A stretch of 64,000 nucleotides of DNA from Thermoproteota archaeon (GCA_027492205.1 JAOZFN010000014.1:64542-128541), one strand, 5' to 3'; shown: positions 48,282 through 58,605, counted from the first letter of the stretch. Notes: generated by a model not told the origin, from the letters alone. Program-made: numbers and translations.

Positions 48282-48554
48282 CTCCGGGCGGGCGGGCCTA
48301 CTCGCGCGACCAAACTAGATCCCCCACATTCCATCCCTCCCTTGGGGGTTGGCCGGGGCGGCGGCCGCGAGCTAATAAGGGTTGCCCTGGGTCGGACGTT
48401 CACGTCGGTTATAAACGGTCTATGGACCGTTTTCGGGGCAAAGAAGGGTCCGCTGCCGAGGCCTCGGAGCCGGAGGGCCGCGATCGTCGAAGGAAACCTT
48501 AAGTTTATCCGCCCGCCGTCGAACCCTTACCCAATACAGGCTGTGGTGATACCC

Positions 48555-49157
48555 ATGCCCAGGACCGTGTGGGATAGGGAGCCGGGCGAGATCCGCAGGC
48601 CCGGCACGATTCACATAGCCATCATGGCCCTGTTGATAGGAGTGGGCGCGGTGGCCGGCACCTTCGGTAGCCTATCGGTGCCGCTGGGATACGGCGTCAC
48701 CGGCTTCTGGCCTGGCGTCGCCGTTCAGGCCGTCGGCGGCATCTGGTTCGGCATGTGGGGAGTGATAGCGGGCTTCCTGTTCCCGTTCATCTCCAACTCC
48801 CTCGCCGGCGCCCCGCTGTACGTGAGCTTCGCCTACCTGCCATCCAACCTGATCCAGGGCCTGCTCCCTGCCTGGGCCTTCAGGTACTTCAAGGCCGACC
48901 CGAGCCTGAAGAGCGGGCGCGACTGGATCCTCTTCCTCGTCTTCGGCGTCATCGTCAACAACATCCTAGGCGCGGCCTGGGCCGTGACCGCCCTGCAGTG
49001 GTTCGGCCTCATCACCGTCGAGTCCGTCCCGCTGTTCTTCTCCGGGTGGACCATCGGAAACGGAGTGCCTGCCCTGATATTCGGCGCCATCCTGCTGAAG
49101 GCGCTCTCGCCGCTGGTTGTGAAGCACAGGTCCTTCGTCAAGGGCTGGTGGGCCTGA
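48555..49157 (+). CDS. ECF transporter substrate-specific (S) component
   Basis: Hydrophobic about 200-aa protein with GIWFGMWG; first gene of the ecfT-ecfA-ecfA' operon. Confidence 0.65.
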   Translation: MPRTVWDREPGEIRRPGTIHIAIMALLIGVGAVAGTFGSLSVPLGYGVTGFWPGVAVQAVGGIWFGMWGVIAGFLFPFISNSLAGAPLYVSFAYLPSNLIQGLLPAWAFRYFKADPSLKSGRDWILFLVFGVIVNNILGAAWAVTALQWFGLITVESVPLFFSGWTIGNGVPALIFGAILLKALSPLVVKHRSFVKGWWA

Positions 49158-49174
49158 GGGCCCCACCCTCCAAC

Positions 49175-49180
49175 TTTTTT
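49175..49180 (+). terminator. T-tract after the S-component gene
   Basis: CCCCACCCTCCAACTTTTTT. Confidence 0.45.
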
Positions 49181-49223
49181 GGACCCGACGGCGATTGGGA
49201 GTCAGTGGAGAGAGTGAGATGAG

Positions 49224-50075
49224 ATGCCCACCAAGATGAGGAGGTCCCTGCTGGGGTATCTCCCGGTAGACTCGCCCATCTTCAGCCTGCACCCGATGAC
49301 CAGGCTCCTCTTCCTGCTGATAGTCAGCGCCTACCCCATGATAGTGAGGCTGCCGGAGCTGAACGTCGCCGGCTCGATATTCATGCTCGCGCTGTTCAAG
49401 GTCTCGAAGGTGGACCTCAGGGTGATCAAGAACTACAAGATGGCCTTCGTCAACCTGTTCTTCGTCATAGCCATCGCCTACACGTTCTTCGGGGGCTACA
49501 ACCCGGACTACAGGGTGCTGATCAAGCTTGGGCCGGTGAAGGTGTGCTGGGAGAACCTGAGGTGGGCCACGGTGGTGTACATCCAGCTGATCTTCGCCAT
49601 CCTGATCATGATCTTCTTCCTCAGCACCATGAGGGAGAGGGACATAGTGGTGGGGCTCAGGGCCCTCAGGGTGCCCTTCGTGCTGGCCTACATGGCCGGC
49701 CTGGCCCTCAGGTCGATTGGCCTCTCGATAATAGACTTCAACACGATAAGGGAGGCCGAGAAGGCACGGGCTCTCGACCTGCAGGCCCTCCCCTTCTCCG
49801 AGAAGGTGAAGAAGTTCGGCATGTACATAGTGCCGCTGGTCGCGCTCGCCATAAGGAGGTCGGACGAGGTGTCCAACGCCCTCGACTCCAGGGGGTTCAG
49901 GTTCACGGGGCTGAGGTCTGGCAGGAGGACCGACTACATCCTGTCCAAGTACAGGATGACCAGGCTCGACTACGCGGTCTTGGCCGGAATGGGTGTGTTC
50001 CTCGCTGGAATCGTACTGATCAGCGTCTACACCGACTGGCTCGCGCTGGAGAACTCCCTCCTCTACCGGATATGA
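49224..50075 (+). CDS. ecfT: ECF transporter transmembrane component T
   Basis: LHPMTRL, AEKARA and ALDSRGF (XRX motifs). Confidence 0.9.
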   Translation: MPTKMRRSLLGYLPVDSPIFSLHPMTRLLFLLIVSAYPMIVRLPELNVAGSIFMLALFKVSKVDLRVIKNYKMAFVNLFFVIAIAYTFFGGYNPDYRVLIKLGPVKVCWENLRWATVVYIQLIFAILIMIFFLSTMRERDIVVGLRALRVPFVLAYMAGLALRSIGLSIIDFNTIREAEKARALDLQALPFSEKVKKFGMYIVPLVALAIRRSDEVSNALDSRGFRFTGLRSGRRTDYILSKYRMTRLDYAVLAGMGVFLAGIVLISVYTDWLALENSLLYRI

Positions 50076-50076
50076 G

Positions 50077-50946
50077 GTGATGGGGTTGGCGGAGCCGGTC
50101 ATCAGGGTCGAGGGGCTGAAGTGGAAGTACGAGGGCTCTAGGGACTGGGTCCTGAGGGGCGTGGACCTGGAGATCCACCAGGGGGAGTTCGTCGGAATAG
50201 TGGGCCCAAACGACTCCGGCAAGACGACCCTGGCCATGAGCCTGAACGGCCTCGTGCCCAACAACTACCCCGGCGTGATGGAGGGCCGGGTCGTCGTGGA
50301 CGGGATGGACACCAGGGAGCACTCCGTCGCCGAGATAGCCGAGAGCGTGGGCTTCGTGTTCCCGGACCCGGAGAGCCAGTTCCTCTCGATGACGGTCGAG
50401 GAGGAGGTCGTCTTCGCCCTCGAGAACCGGGGGTTCCCGAGGGAGGAGATAGAGGAGAGGATGTGGTGGGCCTTAGAACTCACGAACATCCCGGAGGACT
50501 ACCTGGAGAAGCCCCCCTACGAGCTCAGCGGCGGGGAGAAGCAGAGGGTGGCCATAGCGAGCGTGCTGGCCATGAGGCCAAAGATAATCGTGCTGGACGA
50601 GCCGACCTCCATGCTGGACCCGATAGGCAAGACCGAGGTGATAGAGGTCCTGACGGAGATGAAGAGGAGGTACAACGCCACCGTGATCGTCATAGAGCAC
50701 CGGCTTGAGGACATCGCCCCCCTGGCGGACAAGATGGTCCTGGTCTACCGCGGGACGATACCGAAGGTCGCCCCGCCGAGGGAGTTCTTCCAGGACGTCG
50801 ACTTCCTGCTGGAGCACGACGTTTTCCCGCCGGACGTGATGGTGCTGGTCAACGAGCTGAGGAGGCGCGGGCTGTACGACGGCCCGGTGCCCATGACCGT
50901 GGACGAGGCCGAGGGCGTAGTGAGGGAGATCCTGGGGAGGAGGTGA
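50077..50946 (+). CDS. ecfA: ECF transporter ATPase
   Basis: GPNDSGKTT, FPDPESQ, LSGGEKQR and LDEPTSMLDP. Confidence 0.92.
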   Translation: MMGLAEPVIRVEGLKWKYEGSRDWVLRGVDLEIHQGEFVGIVGPNDSGKTTLAMSLNGLVPNNYPGVMEGRVVVDGMDTREHSVAEIAESVGFVFPDPESQFLSMTVEEEVVFALENRGFPREEIEERMWWALELTNIPEDYLEKPPYELSGGEKQRVAIASVLAMRPKIIVLDEPTSMLDPIGKTEVIEVLTEMKRRYNATVIVIEHRLEDIAPLADKMVLVYRGTIPKVAPPREFFQDVDFLLEHDVFPPDVMVLVNELRRRGLYDGPVPMTVDEAEGVVREILGRR

Positions 50947-51788
50947 CGGGCGTGGGAGAGGCCGTAAGGGTGGATCACATCAGCTACGTGTACCCCGACG
51001 GGACCGTGGGGCTGAAGGAGGCCACGCTCACGATACAGGAGGGCGAGTTCCTTGCGTTCATAGGCCAGAATGGCTCCGGGAAGACCACGCTGAGCAAGAA
51101 CATCTCCGGCCTGCTCAAGCCCACCACCGGGGACGTCTGGGTTTTCGGGAGGAACACCAGGGAGGCTCCAATGTCCGAGCTGGCGACCCTCGTGGGGTAC
51201 ATCTTCCAGAACCCGGACCACCAGCTGTTCAACCAGACCGTGTACGACGAGATAGCCTACGGCCCGAGGAACCTGAAGCTCCCGGAGGAGGAGGTCGAGG
51301 AGCGCGTGACGGAGGCCATGAGGATCGTCGGATTGGACGAGTCTTACAGGGAGGAGCACCCGTTCTTCCTGAGCAAGGGGCTCAGGCAGAGGGTCGCGAT
51401 AGCCAGCATACTCGCCATGAGGCCGAGGGTCATCATAGTGGACGAGCCCACCACGGGGCAGGACTTCAAGCAGTCAATCGACATCATGGACTTCCTGACG
51501 ATGCTGAACAGGGAGCACGGGCACACGATCATCATAATCACCCACGACATGCCCATCGTGGCCAAGTACGCGGAGAGGACCGTCGCCATGGCCGACGGCA
51601 GGATTCTGCTGGACGGCCCCACGAGGGAGGTCTTCGCCCAGGCCGAGGTGCTGGCCCGGGCCAACATCAAGCCGCCGCAGATAACGAGGCTGGCTCAGAG
51701 GCTCGGAGATCTGGGGATACCTCCCAACGTCCTATCCATCGAGGAGATGGCGGATCTGATTGAGTCGGCCGTGAAGGGGGGGAGTTGA
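50943..51788 (+). CDS. ecfA: ECF transporter ATPase (second)
   Basis: GQNGSGKTT, FQNPDHQLF, LSKG and DEPTTGQD. Confidence 0.92.
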   Translation: MTGVGEAVRVDHISYVYPDGTVGLKEATLTIQEGEFLAFIGQNGSGKTTLSKNISGLLKPTTGDVWVFGRNTREAPMSELATLVGYIFQNPDHQLFNQTVYDEIAYGPRNLKLPEEEVEERVTEAMRIVGLDESYREEHPFFLSKGLRQRVAIASILAMRPRVIIVDEPTTGQDFKQSIDIMDFLTMLNREHGHTIIIITHDMPIVAKYAERTVAMADGRILLDGPTREVFAQAEVLARANIKPPQITRLAQRLGDLGIPPNVLSIEEMADLIESAVKGGS

Positions 51789-51802
51789 CCCCCACCTCAA
51801 CG

Positions 51803-51808
51803 TTTTTT
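51803..51808 (+). terminator. T-tract terminator after the ECF operon
   Basis: CCCCACCTCAACGTTTTTT after the stop. Confidence 0.55.
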
Positions 51809-51921
51809 GCCCCCACGCCGGTTGAGGGGCAGCCGGTCGGCAGCCTCCTTGTTGCGTGCTGCAACGGCCGAACCAGGATACGTTAAAATTGGGTGGTCGC
51901 ACCTCCGCCTCGGTGGAGCGC

Positions 51922-52209
51922 ATGTACGAGATGAGGAGGTACGCGAGGGCCTTCGTCCTGCTGTCCACGGACCTCGGCAAGGAGAAGGATGTGATCAAGA
52001 GGGTCATGGAGCTCCCGGAGGTCGAGGAGGCCCACATAGTGCCAGGGGACTACGACGTGCTCGCCGTGCTCAGGGTGAGGCGCGACATAGTGGCCCCCTC
52101 CGAGGAGGAGGTCATGGACGTCGTGCTGGACAAGATCGCAAAGATCCCGGGGGTGAGGGACACCCACACGATCATCCCCACACACTCCTTCACGAAGAGG
52201 CGAGAGTAG
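51922..52209 (+). CDS. Stand-alone Lrp/AsnC ligand-binding (RAM) domain
   Basis: AFVLL, VPGDYDVLA and KIPGVRDTHT. Confidence 0.85.
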   Translation: MYEMRRYARAFVLLSTDLGKEKDVIKRVMELPEVEEAHIVPGDYDVLAVLRVRRDIVAPSEEEVMDVVLDKIAKIPGVRDTHTIIPTHSFTKRRE

Positions 52210-52225
52210 GGGGCGGAAGTACCAA

Positions 52226-53140
52226 GTGGGGACGGCCGTGGAGTTAGAGGGAGTAAGCAAGCGGTTTGGCCGGGTTGAGGCGCTCCGCGAGGCGTCCTTT
52301 GACGTCCGGGAGGGGTCGGTGACAGGGCTGCTTGGGCCCAACGGCGCCGGGAAGACCACCACGCTGAAGATCCTGGTGGGCCTCCTGAGGCCCGACGCCG
52401 GAGAGGTCCGGGTCCTCGGCATGGACCCCTGGACCGAGGGTCACAGGGTCAGGCGGAGGGTTGGAATCCTCCACGAGCGGCCGATGTACCCCGCAGACGT
52501 GGACGTGTGGAGGCTCCTCAGGTACGCCGCGAGGGTGAGGGGGCTCCACCCGACCGACGCCCACAGGGCCGCCAGGCTGGCCGGGCTCATGGGTCACCTC
52601 GACAGGAGGGTGTCTGCGCTTAGCAGAGGCTACCTCCAGAGGTTGGGGGTTGCCCTGGCCATAATGGGGGACCCGGAACTCCTGCTGCTGGACGAGCCCA
52701 CGGCCAACCTCGACCCGGCGGCCAGGATGGAGATACTCGGCCTGATAGGCACGCTCAAGACCGAGCTGGGCGTCACCATGCTGATCTCGTCTCACATCAT
52801 TCCGGAGCTGGAGCTGGTGTGCGACTCCGCCGCCTTCATATCCGAGGGGAGGGTGATAGACTACGGTCCCCTGGAGGACCTGGCTAGGAGGCACGGGACG
52901 GAGGCCCGCGTGACGCTCAGGGCCTCGCGACCCAGGGAGGTCGCCTCCAGACTCATCTCCCTCGAGTCCGTGGAGGCCGTCGAGGTGAGGGGGGAGATGG
53001 TCACGGTCAGGGTGGCTCCCGGCTCGCTGAGTCTCGTTCAGGCTGAGATCTCGACGATCCCGGGGGTCGAGGTGCTGTCGTCGGGTAGGGCAGGCCTGAT
53101 GGACCTCTACAGGAAGGTGGTCCTGAGTGAGGCTTCTTGA
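52226..53140 (+). CDS. ABC transporter ATP-binding protein
   Basis: GPNGAGKTT, LSRG, LDEPT and SSH. Confidence 0.92.
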   Translation: MGTAVELEGVSKRFGRVEALREASFDVREGSVTGLLGPNGAGKTTTLKILVGLLRPDAGEVRVLGMDPWTEGHRVRRRVGILHERPMYPADVDVWRLLRYAARVRGLHPTDAHRAARLAGLMGHLDRRVSALSRGYLQRLGVALAIMGDPELLLLDEPTANLDPAARMEILGLIGTLKTELGVTMLISSHIIPELELVCDSAAFISEGRVIDYGPLEDLARRHGTEARVTLRASRPREVASRLISLESVEAVEVRGEMVTVRVAPGSLSLVQAEISTIPGVEVLSSGRAGLMDLYRKVVLSEAS

Positions 53141-53879
53141 GGTCCTCGAGGAGTATCTCTCCGTGTCACTGGGGCGTAACGCGTACGCCTTCCCTCTAGG
53201 GGCGCTCGCGGCCTCAATCGCCGCAGGGCTGTTTGGTCTCGGAGCTGCTGTCTCTCAGGTGGCCCTCTCCCCCGGCCAAATCCCCCCGAACGCCGTAAGC
53301 GCGGGCCTCGCACTCTCCCACCTGGTGTTCGGCTTCGTGGTCATGGCCCTGGCCGGAACGCTGGCCGGGGAGCTCAAGTCCGAGGCGACGTTCCACCTCA
53401 GCCTCCCGATGAGGAAGGAGGAGTACGCGGTTGCCTGGCTGGCCGCGGCCGTGTGGGTCCCCGTGGCCCTCGAGATAGTCGCACCGCTCGTTCCCATCGC
53501 GGTGCTCGACCCGAGGCTCGTGACGGGCGTGGTCGTGGAGCCGCTGATTTACAGGGCCGTCGAGGACGCCTTCGTCTTCGGCACCATCCTCTGGGTCTCC
53601 CTGCTCAGGCGAAAGGGCCTCGTCACGGTCTACGGCCTGGGCGTCATCCTGCTCCTCCCGATGATGGTGGGGCTCTCTCTAGGCGCTGTGGGTGCCTTCT
53701 CCGGGCGGCGGACGTGGGTGACCCGGGTCGTCGGGAGCGCCCTGCCAGCGACCTCGTCCATGATAGGCGTCGGCCCCTCCGGGGCATGGTGGGTTCCCGC
53801 CCTTGTGTCTGGGCTGCTGGCGGCGGGGACCCAGGCGGGGTTCGTTCTCTGGATCGGCAGGAGGCTGGAGGTGACGTGA
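53127..53879 (+). CDS. ABC transporter permease (putative)
   Basis: Multi-TM with LSLPMRK; follows the ATPase. Confidence 0.65.
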   Translation: MRLLEVLEEYLSVSLGRNAYAFPLGALAASIAAGLFGLGAAVSQVALSPGQIPPNAVSAGLALSHLVFGFVVMALAGTLAGELKSEATFHLSLPMRKEEYAVAWLAAAVWVPVALEIVAPLVPIAVLDPRLVTGVVVEPLIYRAVEDAFVFGTILWVSLLRRKGLVTVYGLGVILLLPMMVGLSLGAVGAFSGRRTWVTRVVGSALPATSSMIGVGPSGAWWVPALVSGLLAAGTQAGFVLWIGRRLEVT

Positions 53880-54622
53880 TGACCGCGCTCAGGGCAGCCG
53901 GCATACTGGCGCTGTGCCTGTCGGTCGGGAGCCTGCTGGCCTTGGCGGCGGCCAGCAGGACGGGCGGGAACTCCGTCGGCCCGGTGAGCTCTAGGGTCAG
54001 GTGCTACGCAGGGGGAGACCAAGTGATCGTCGTGGCGTCAAGCGAGGAGATAGAGGTAAGGGAGGCCGAGGGGATACGGCTGTTCGTGGGGGCGACGGTC
54101 CCTCAGGCGTTCGTGGCCTACCCACAGCCGCGGAACGTCACCGTGGCCTACCCGCCAGCGGGGCCGGGCGCCCCACCCCTCCCTGCGCCGCCCACCCAGC
54201 GGCCCCAGTTCTCGGGGGGAGAGTTGATGGTCCTCAGGGCCGACGAGGGGAGGGCGATCGGGCTCCCGCTGGCCGTGCTCTCCGGGGACCCCGTAGAGCT
54301 GGCTCAAAGGGTTGAAGAGCTCGCCTCTGGGAGATCTCAGCTGGAGAGCCCGAGGTGGGCCTCGGGCAGCTACCTGACGGGGAGCGTGGGGATCCCAGAG
54401 GCGGGGAGGTGGTACGCGGTGGTGGTCGCCGTGGCCCGGGCCGACTCGCCGATCCCGGCCGACTCGACGGTTGACTGCGACGTGTTCATGGACCTGGAGG
54501 CGAGGGTTTACCCCGGCCCGAGTCAGGCGCTCAGGTCCGCCTACCTGGCCGCAGCGGGGGCTCTGCTGATCCTCCTGGATCGGGTCAGGTCCAGGAGGGA
54601 GGGGTGGTCCCCTCCGAGTTGA
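53876..54622 (+). CDS. Hypothetical exported protein with N- and C-terminal TM
   Basis: GTGA overlap with the permease stop; hydrophobic termini. Confidence 0.55.
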   Translation: MMTALRAAGILALCLSVGSLLALAAASRTGGNSVGPVSSRVRCYAGGDQVIVVASSEEIEVREAEGIRLFVGATVPQAFVAYPQPRNVTVAYPPAGPGAPPLPAPPTQRPQFSGGELMVLRADEGRAIGLPLAVLSGDPVELAQRVEELASGRSQLESPRWASGSYLTGSVGIPEAGRWYAVVVAVARADSPIPADSTVDCDVFMDLEARVYPGPSQALRSAYLAAAGALLILLDRVRSRREGWSPPS

Positions 54623-54643
54623 GGTCCCCGGCGGCCCGGGCCC

Positions 54644-55648
54644 TCACAGCCTGGTCCCCTCCTCGCGCTGCGCCAGAGCCCAGTAGGCTCCGTAGAGGGC
54701 AATCCCGGCGACTATCATGGGCCACCCGAGGTCCAGCTGCGTCCTCACGGGCACCTTCACGGAGGCGCTGAACCGTGCGGTGGTGACGGTCTCGGAGACC
54801 CGCGACGACAGGTTCGAGAGCGTGTCCAGCAGGTCCTGCACGGTGGTCACCGTGTGGTGGGTCCCGCCGGTCTCCCTAGCTATCAGCCTGGTCTCCTCCT
54901 CCCCCTCTGAGCCCGCCCTCCCGATGAAGACCGTGTGGATTGGAACTTCCAGCTCCCGGAAGGAGCTGAGCAGGTGCCTGTACTCCGACCTGTCGGCCGG
55001 GAGGCCGTCGGTTAGCATGACCACGGCGCAGGTTGCGTTGAAGGCCCTGTACCCCCTCACCCAGGCCAGCGCCGACATCAGGGGGTAGGAGTACATGGTC
55101 CCGCCGGTCGCTCTGAGGCCCTCGATGGCGGCCTCCAGCTCGGACCTGTTCCCCGTCGGGGGGACCGAGGACTCGACCCTCTCGGAGAAGGCGATGATCC
55201 CCACGTCGACGCCCCCGGGGATCCCGTCGACGAACCTGAGCGCGGCCTCCTTCGCGGCCCCTATCTTGACGCCCCCGGGGATCTGCTCTCCCATGCTGCC
55301 CGAGACGTCGATCGCCAGGATCACGGCGGGCCTGGCCACCTGATGTGCCGCCTGGACCTCTCCCGAGGCTTGAACCGTGACCTCCCTCTCCACGGTCGCG
55401 GTCGGGGAGAGGAGGCCGACCGCCAGGGTTGCCAGGGCGGCGGCGAGGACGGCACCCCTCAGCCTGCCCCTCCGCGCCGAGGTGGGCTGAAGCAGCCTCG
55501 CCAGCGGGTATGAAACCCTGACGGGGGGTGAGCCGGCGAGCCTCCTCCTTAGGGCGAGCCCTGCCAACGGCGCGGCCAGGGCGAGGGCCGCGACGAGGTT
55601 GTGCACGCCGATCGTCAGGCTCAGCTCCAGCTCACGCACCCCCCGCAA
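54644..55648 (-). CDS. Membrane-anchored vWA domain protein (BatA/B-like)
   Basis: DVSGSM MIDAS, GGT and LTDG. Confidence 0.85.
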   Translation of the reverse strand: MRGVRELELSLTIGVHNLVAALALAAPLAGLALRRRLAGSPPVRVSYPLARLLQPTSARRGRLRGAVLAAALATLAVGLLSPTATVEREVTVQASGEVQAAHQVARPAVILAIDVSGSMGEQIPGGVKIGAAKEAALRFVDGIPGGVDVGIIAFSERVESSVPPTGNRSELEAAIEGLRATGGTMYSYPLMSALAWVRGYRAFNATCAVVMLTDGLPADRSEYRHLLSSFRELEVPIHTVFIGRAGSEGEEETRLIARETGGTHHTVTTVQDLLDTLSNLSSRVSETVTTARFSASVKVPVRTQLDLGWPMIVAGIALYGAYWALAQREEGTRL

Positions 55649-56579
55649 TCGCCAGCAGCAGGAGGACGGCGGAGGCCGCGGACAGGAGGTCCCTAGGGGT
55701 CCTCGGGTCCGAGACCTCGACCTCCACGTAGGCCCTGCCGGCGGCCCTCAGCGCCTCGTACTTTGTCCTCCTGGCCACCTCCGCGGCGAGCGACCTCAGC
55801 GCGGACTCGTCGAACTCGTCGACCCACCTGAACTCCCCTCCCGCCGACTCCGCGATGTCCGCAGACAGGGCCGGATCGGCGCTCGCTCCCCGGCCGACCT
55901 GCACGACGAGGAGGGGAATTCCAGCCTCGCGGAGACTCTCTGCGGCCGCGATCGGATCGGTGCCCCCGTTGTTCCCCCCGTCTGAGATCAAGACGACTGC
56001 CGACGGCCTCCTAGACGACGAGGCCACGGCGAGGGCCGTCACGAGGGCGTCCCCCACCGAGGTGTAGTTCCTGTCGGCGCTGAGCCCCTCCAAGACCCGG
56101 GCGGCCCCGCCGGGCGGACCGGAGTAGAGGACCTCCGCGCCGCCCGCGAACGCGACCAGGGTCACCAGGTCGCCGGGCGAGAGGGACTGGAGTATGCCCC
56201 TCACGACCTCCTCGGCAGCCTCAATCCTCGCCTCCCCGCCCGGCCCCAGGGGGTACCCCATGCTCCTGGACACGTCGACGAGGAGCACCAGCTGGGCCTC
56301 TGCCCTCGCCAGAAGGGGACTGTCCGGGGTGATCGGCACCCTCTCGACCGCCGTCGCGTAGGGCCCGGCCGCCAGGAGGGCGAGCGTAAGCGCGAGGGCC
56401 GCCCTCGCGGCGAGGGACGCTGTGAGGAGGCGCCGCCCCACGGGCCTGCCTGCGGAGCCCATGGAGGACTCGATCGATCTCGCCAGGCCGAACGCCCTCC
56501 TGGCTAGGGCGAGGAGGAGGATCATGGTCGGCGGGGCGACCGCCAGGGCCCAGGGCCTCTCGAGTCCCAGGCTAGTCAT
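55632..56579 (-). CDS. Membrane-anchored vWA domain protein (BatA-like)
   Basis: ERPWAL N-terminus, DVSRSM MIDAS and ISDGGNNGG. Confidence 0.85.
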   Translation of the reverse strand: MTSLGLERPWALAVAPPTMILLLALARRAFGLARSIESSMGSAGRPVGRRLLTASLAARAALALTLALLAAGPYATAVERVPITPDSPLLARAEAQLVLLVDVSRSMGYPLGPGGEARIEAAEEVVRGILQSLSPGDLVTLVAFAGGAEVLYSGPPGGAARVLEGLSADRNYTSVGDALVTALAVASSSRRPSAVVLISDGGNNGGTDPIAAAESLREAGIPLLVVQVGRGASADPALSADIAESAGGEFRWVDEFDESALRSLAAEVARRTKYEALRAAGRAYVEVEVSDPRTPRDLLSAASAVLLLLAIAGGA

Positions 56580-57525
56580 TCGGCCTCTCCCCCCACCCAG
56601 CCCCCGCACCCCGGCCGGGACCCCGGGGCTCGCCACCCTGGGCCGCCTCGCTGAGCGCCTCGACGAGGGCCCTGAGCTGCGCCAGCTGTCCGCCGAACCT
56701 GCCCGCGTCGCCCGGGCTGAGGGAGGACACGCCTGTCAAGAACTCCCGTACGCCGGGGGACGACAGGATCTCCAGGGCCTCCTCCGGAGACAGCCCCCCG
56801 TCCCTGGCCGCCGCGGCCGCGGCGAGGGCCCTCCGGGCCGCCTCGGGGTTCCCCCCGACCAGGGAGAAGAGGGCCAGGATCACGTCCAGCTCCCTGGCCA
56901 GCGCCTCCAGCCTCCCCCTGGACTCGTTCAGGATCTCGACGTGCGACGGTGAGAGGAGGGCGGAGTCGTCCACCGACGAGAGGTTCAGCAGGGCCTCTCC
57001 CACCATCTCCCTGGCGCGCCTCACGCCCGCCGCAACCTCCGACCACTCGGCCAGGGCGGCCTGGACGTCCCCCGACGTCAGGTTGCCCACGGCCCTCCAG
57101 ACGCCGGGTCGAACCGCGTCCAAGATAGAGGCGGCCCGGGCGGACGAGTCCGCCGCCACGGCGGCGTGGCGGTAGGCCCTGACCGCGGCCAGCACCCTCG
57201 AGGAGAGCCCGGTGCCCCCCGACTCCTCGGCCGCCCTCCCCGCCCTGGCCAGCATCTCGAGGGACCTGGCCGCGGCCCCCCTCGCGAGGGCCACGGCGGA
57301 GGGATCCACCTCCACCCAGAGCGAGTCGTAGGCCAGGGCGGAGGAGTTCTCCAGCGCTCCTGCGGCCAGCTCACCGCCCGGAACGACAAGCGTCATGTCC
57401 GCCGGGTCCACGGCGCCTGAGGAGGCTATGAGGGGCCAGAAGAAGGCCAGGGCGATCAGCGTCAGGGCTAGGGCGACTGGGATCTCGGGCCTGACCCTGC
57501 CGAGGATCGGCGGCGAGGGGCTCAC
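56572..57525 (-). CDS. Hypothetical Ala-rich helical exported protein
   Basis: N-terminal TM; overlaps the vWA start; start re-called to GTG 57525. Confidence 0.55.
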   Translation of the reverse strand: MSPSPPILGRVRPEIPVALALTLIALAFFWPLIASSGAVDPADMTLVVPGGELAAGALENSSALAYDSLWVEVDPSAVALARGAAARSLEMLARAGRAAEESGGTGLSSRVLAAVRAYRHAAVAADSSARAASILDAVRPGVWRAVGNLTSGDVQAALAEWSEVAAGVRRAREMVGEALLNLSSVDDSALLSPSHVEILNESRGRLEALARELDVILALFSLVGGNPEAARRALAAAAAARDGGLSPEEALEILSSPGVREFLTGVSSLSPGDAGRFGGQLAQLRALVEALSEAAQGGEPRGPGRGAGAGWGERPND

Positions 57526-57787
57526 CGGGACCTCCGGGCGGCCGGCCGTATTTAGGTTAACCAGCCCGGGGCCATCAGGCGCGAGCCGCCCGGGCCGCGC
57601 TTCCAGCCCGGGGCTGACTGCCACCCACGTGGACCGAGTGCGCAGCGACGTGGGCCCACCCGGTCTTGTGCAGTCGCCCGATGGCCCATCCCTTCCCCCC
57701 GCGGCCCGAGCCCAGGCTGGGCTGGGGGCCACCCTCGTTCATCACAATGACTGTACTTATATTGCCAACACACCCACCCTCAGCACG

Positions 57788-58096
57788 ATGCCCGAGAGGG
57801 TCGTGGTGCAGGTCAGGCTTCCGGCGAGGCTCGTGAGGGAACTCGACAGGCTGACGGAGGAGGGGTACTACGGGAGCAGGACCGAGGCCATTGCCGACGC
57901 GATAAGGCACCTCCTCGAGAGGTACAGGCGCGGCGGCGGGCTCGCCAGGGTCGTTCGACTCTACCTGCTGGGGAGGAGGCCGAGGCCCCCCAAGCTCGAG
58001 GTGGACGTCGACGAGGCGGTGAGGAACATCAGGGAGTCGCTGGGGACCGATGACCCGGACAGGGTGATGGACATCCTGAGGGGGCGGGTGGCGTAG
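57788..58096 (+). CDS. Ribbon-helix-helix (CopG) antitoxin
   Basis: VQVRLP..LDRL..EGYYGSRTEAIADAIR. Confidence 0.85.
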   Translation: MPERVVVQVRLPARLVRELDRLTEEGYYGSRTEAIADAIRHLLERYRRGGGLARVVRLYLLGRRPRPPKLEVDVDEAVRNIRESLGTDDPDRVMDILRGRVA

Positions 58097-58097
58097 C

Positions 58098-58532
58098 TTG
58101 ATCGTCGTGGACACGGACGTGCTGGCGATCCACCACATCTTCAGGAGAGACGGGAGGTTTGAGGTTAACGAGAGGGCCTACGAGGAGTTGAGGAGGAGAG
58201 AGGGCGCCACGACGATCCACAACCTCATGGAGCTGTGCGGCCTCTTCGCGGTGGCCGGGATGGGGAACCGGATCGCGGCCCTCATAAACAGGTACCTCGG
58301 GGGAGCGGAGCTGAGGGTCGAGTTTCCGAGGTACCCGGAGGACTGGGGGGAGTTCGTGGAGGTCCTGGTGGGATACCTGGAGAGGGGCCTCAGCTATGGG
58401 GACGCCTTGGTGGCCGCGGCCGCGGAGGACCTGGGCGCCGAGATCCTCGTCACCTGGAACAAGAGGCACTTCTCCGGGAGGATATCGGCGGACGTGATGA
58501 CTCCTGAGGAGTTCCTCGCGGCGGGGCCGTAG
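58098..58532 (+). CDS. vapC: PIN-domain toxin
   Basis: VVDTDVL, SYGDAL and VTWNKRHF. Confidence 0.85.
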   Translation: MIVVDTDVLAIHHIFRRDGRFEVNERAYEELRRREGATTIHNLMELCGLFAVAGMGNRIAALINRYLGGAELRVEFPRYPEDWGEFVEVLVGYLERGLSYGDALVAAAAEDLGAEILVTWNKRHFSGRISADVMTPEEFLAAGP

Positions 58533-58605
58533 TCGCGCCACGGTCTTCCGGGGCCAGACGCAGCCCCGCCCTGCCGGGAGGTCTAGAGGGGTTCGGGAGA
58601 CGTGG

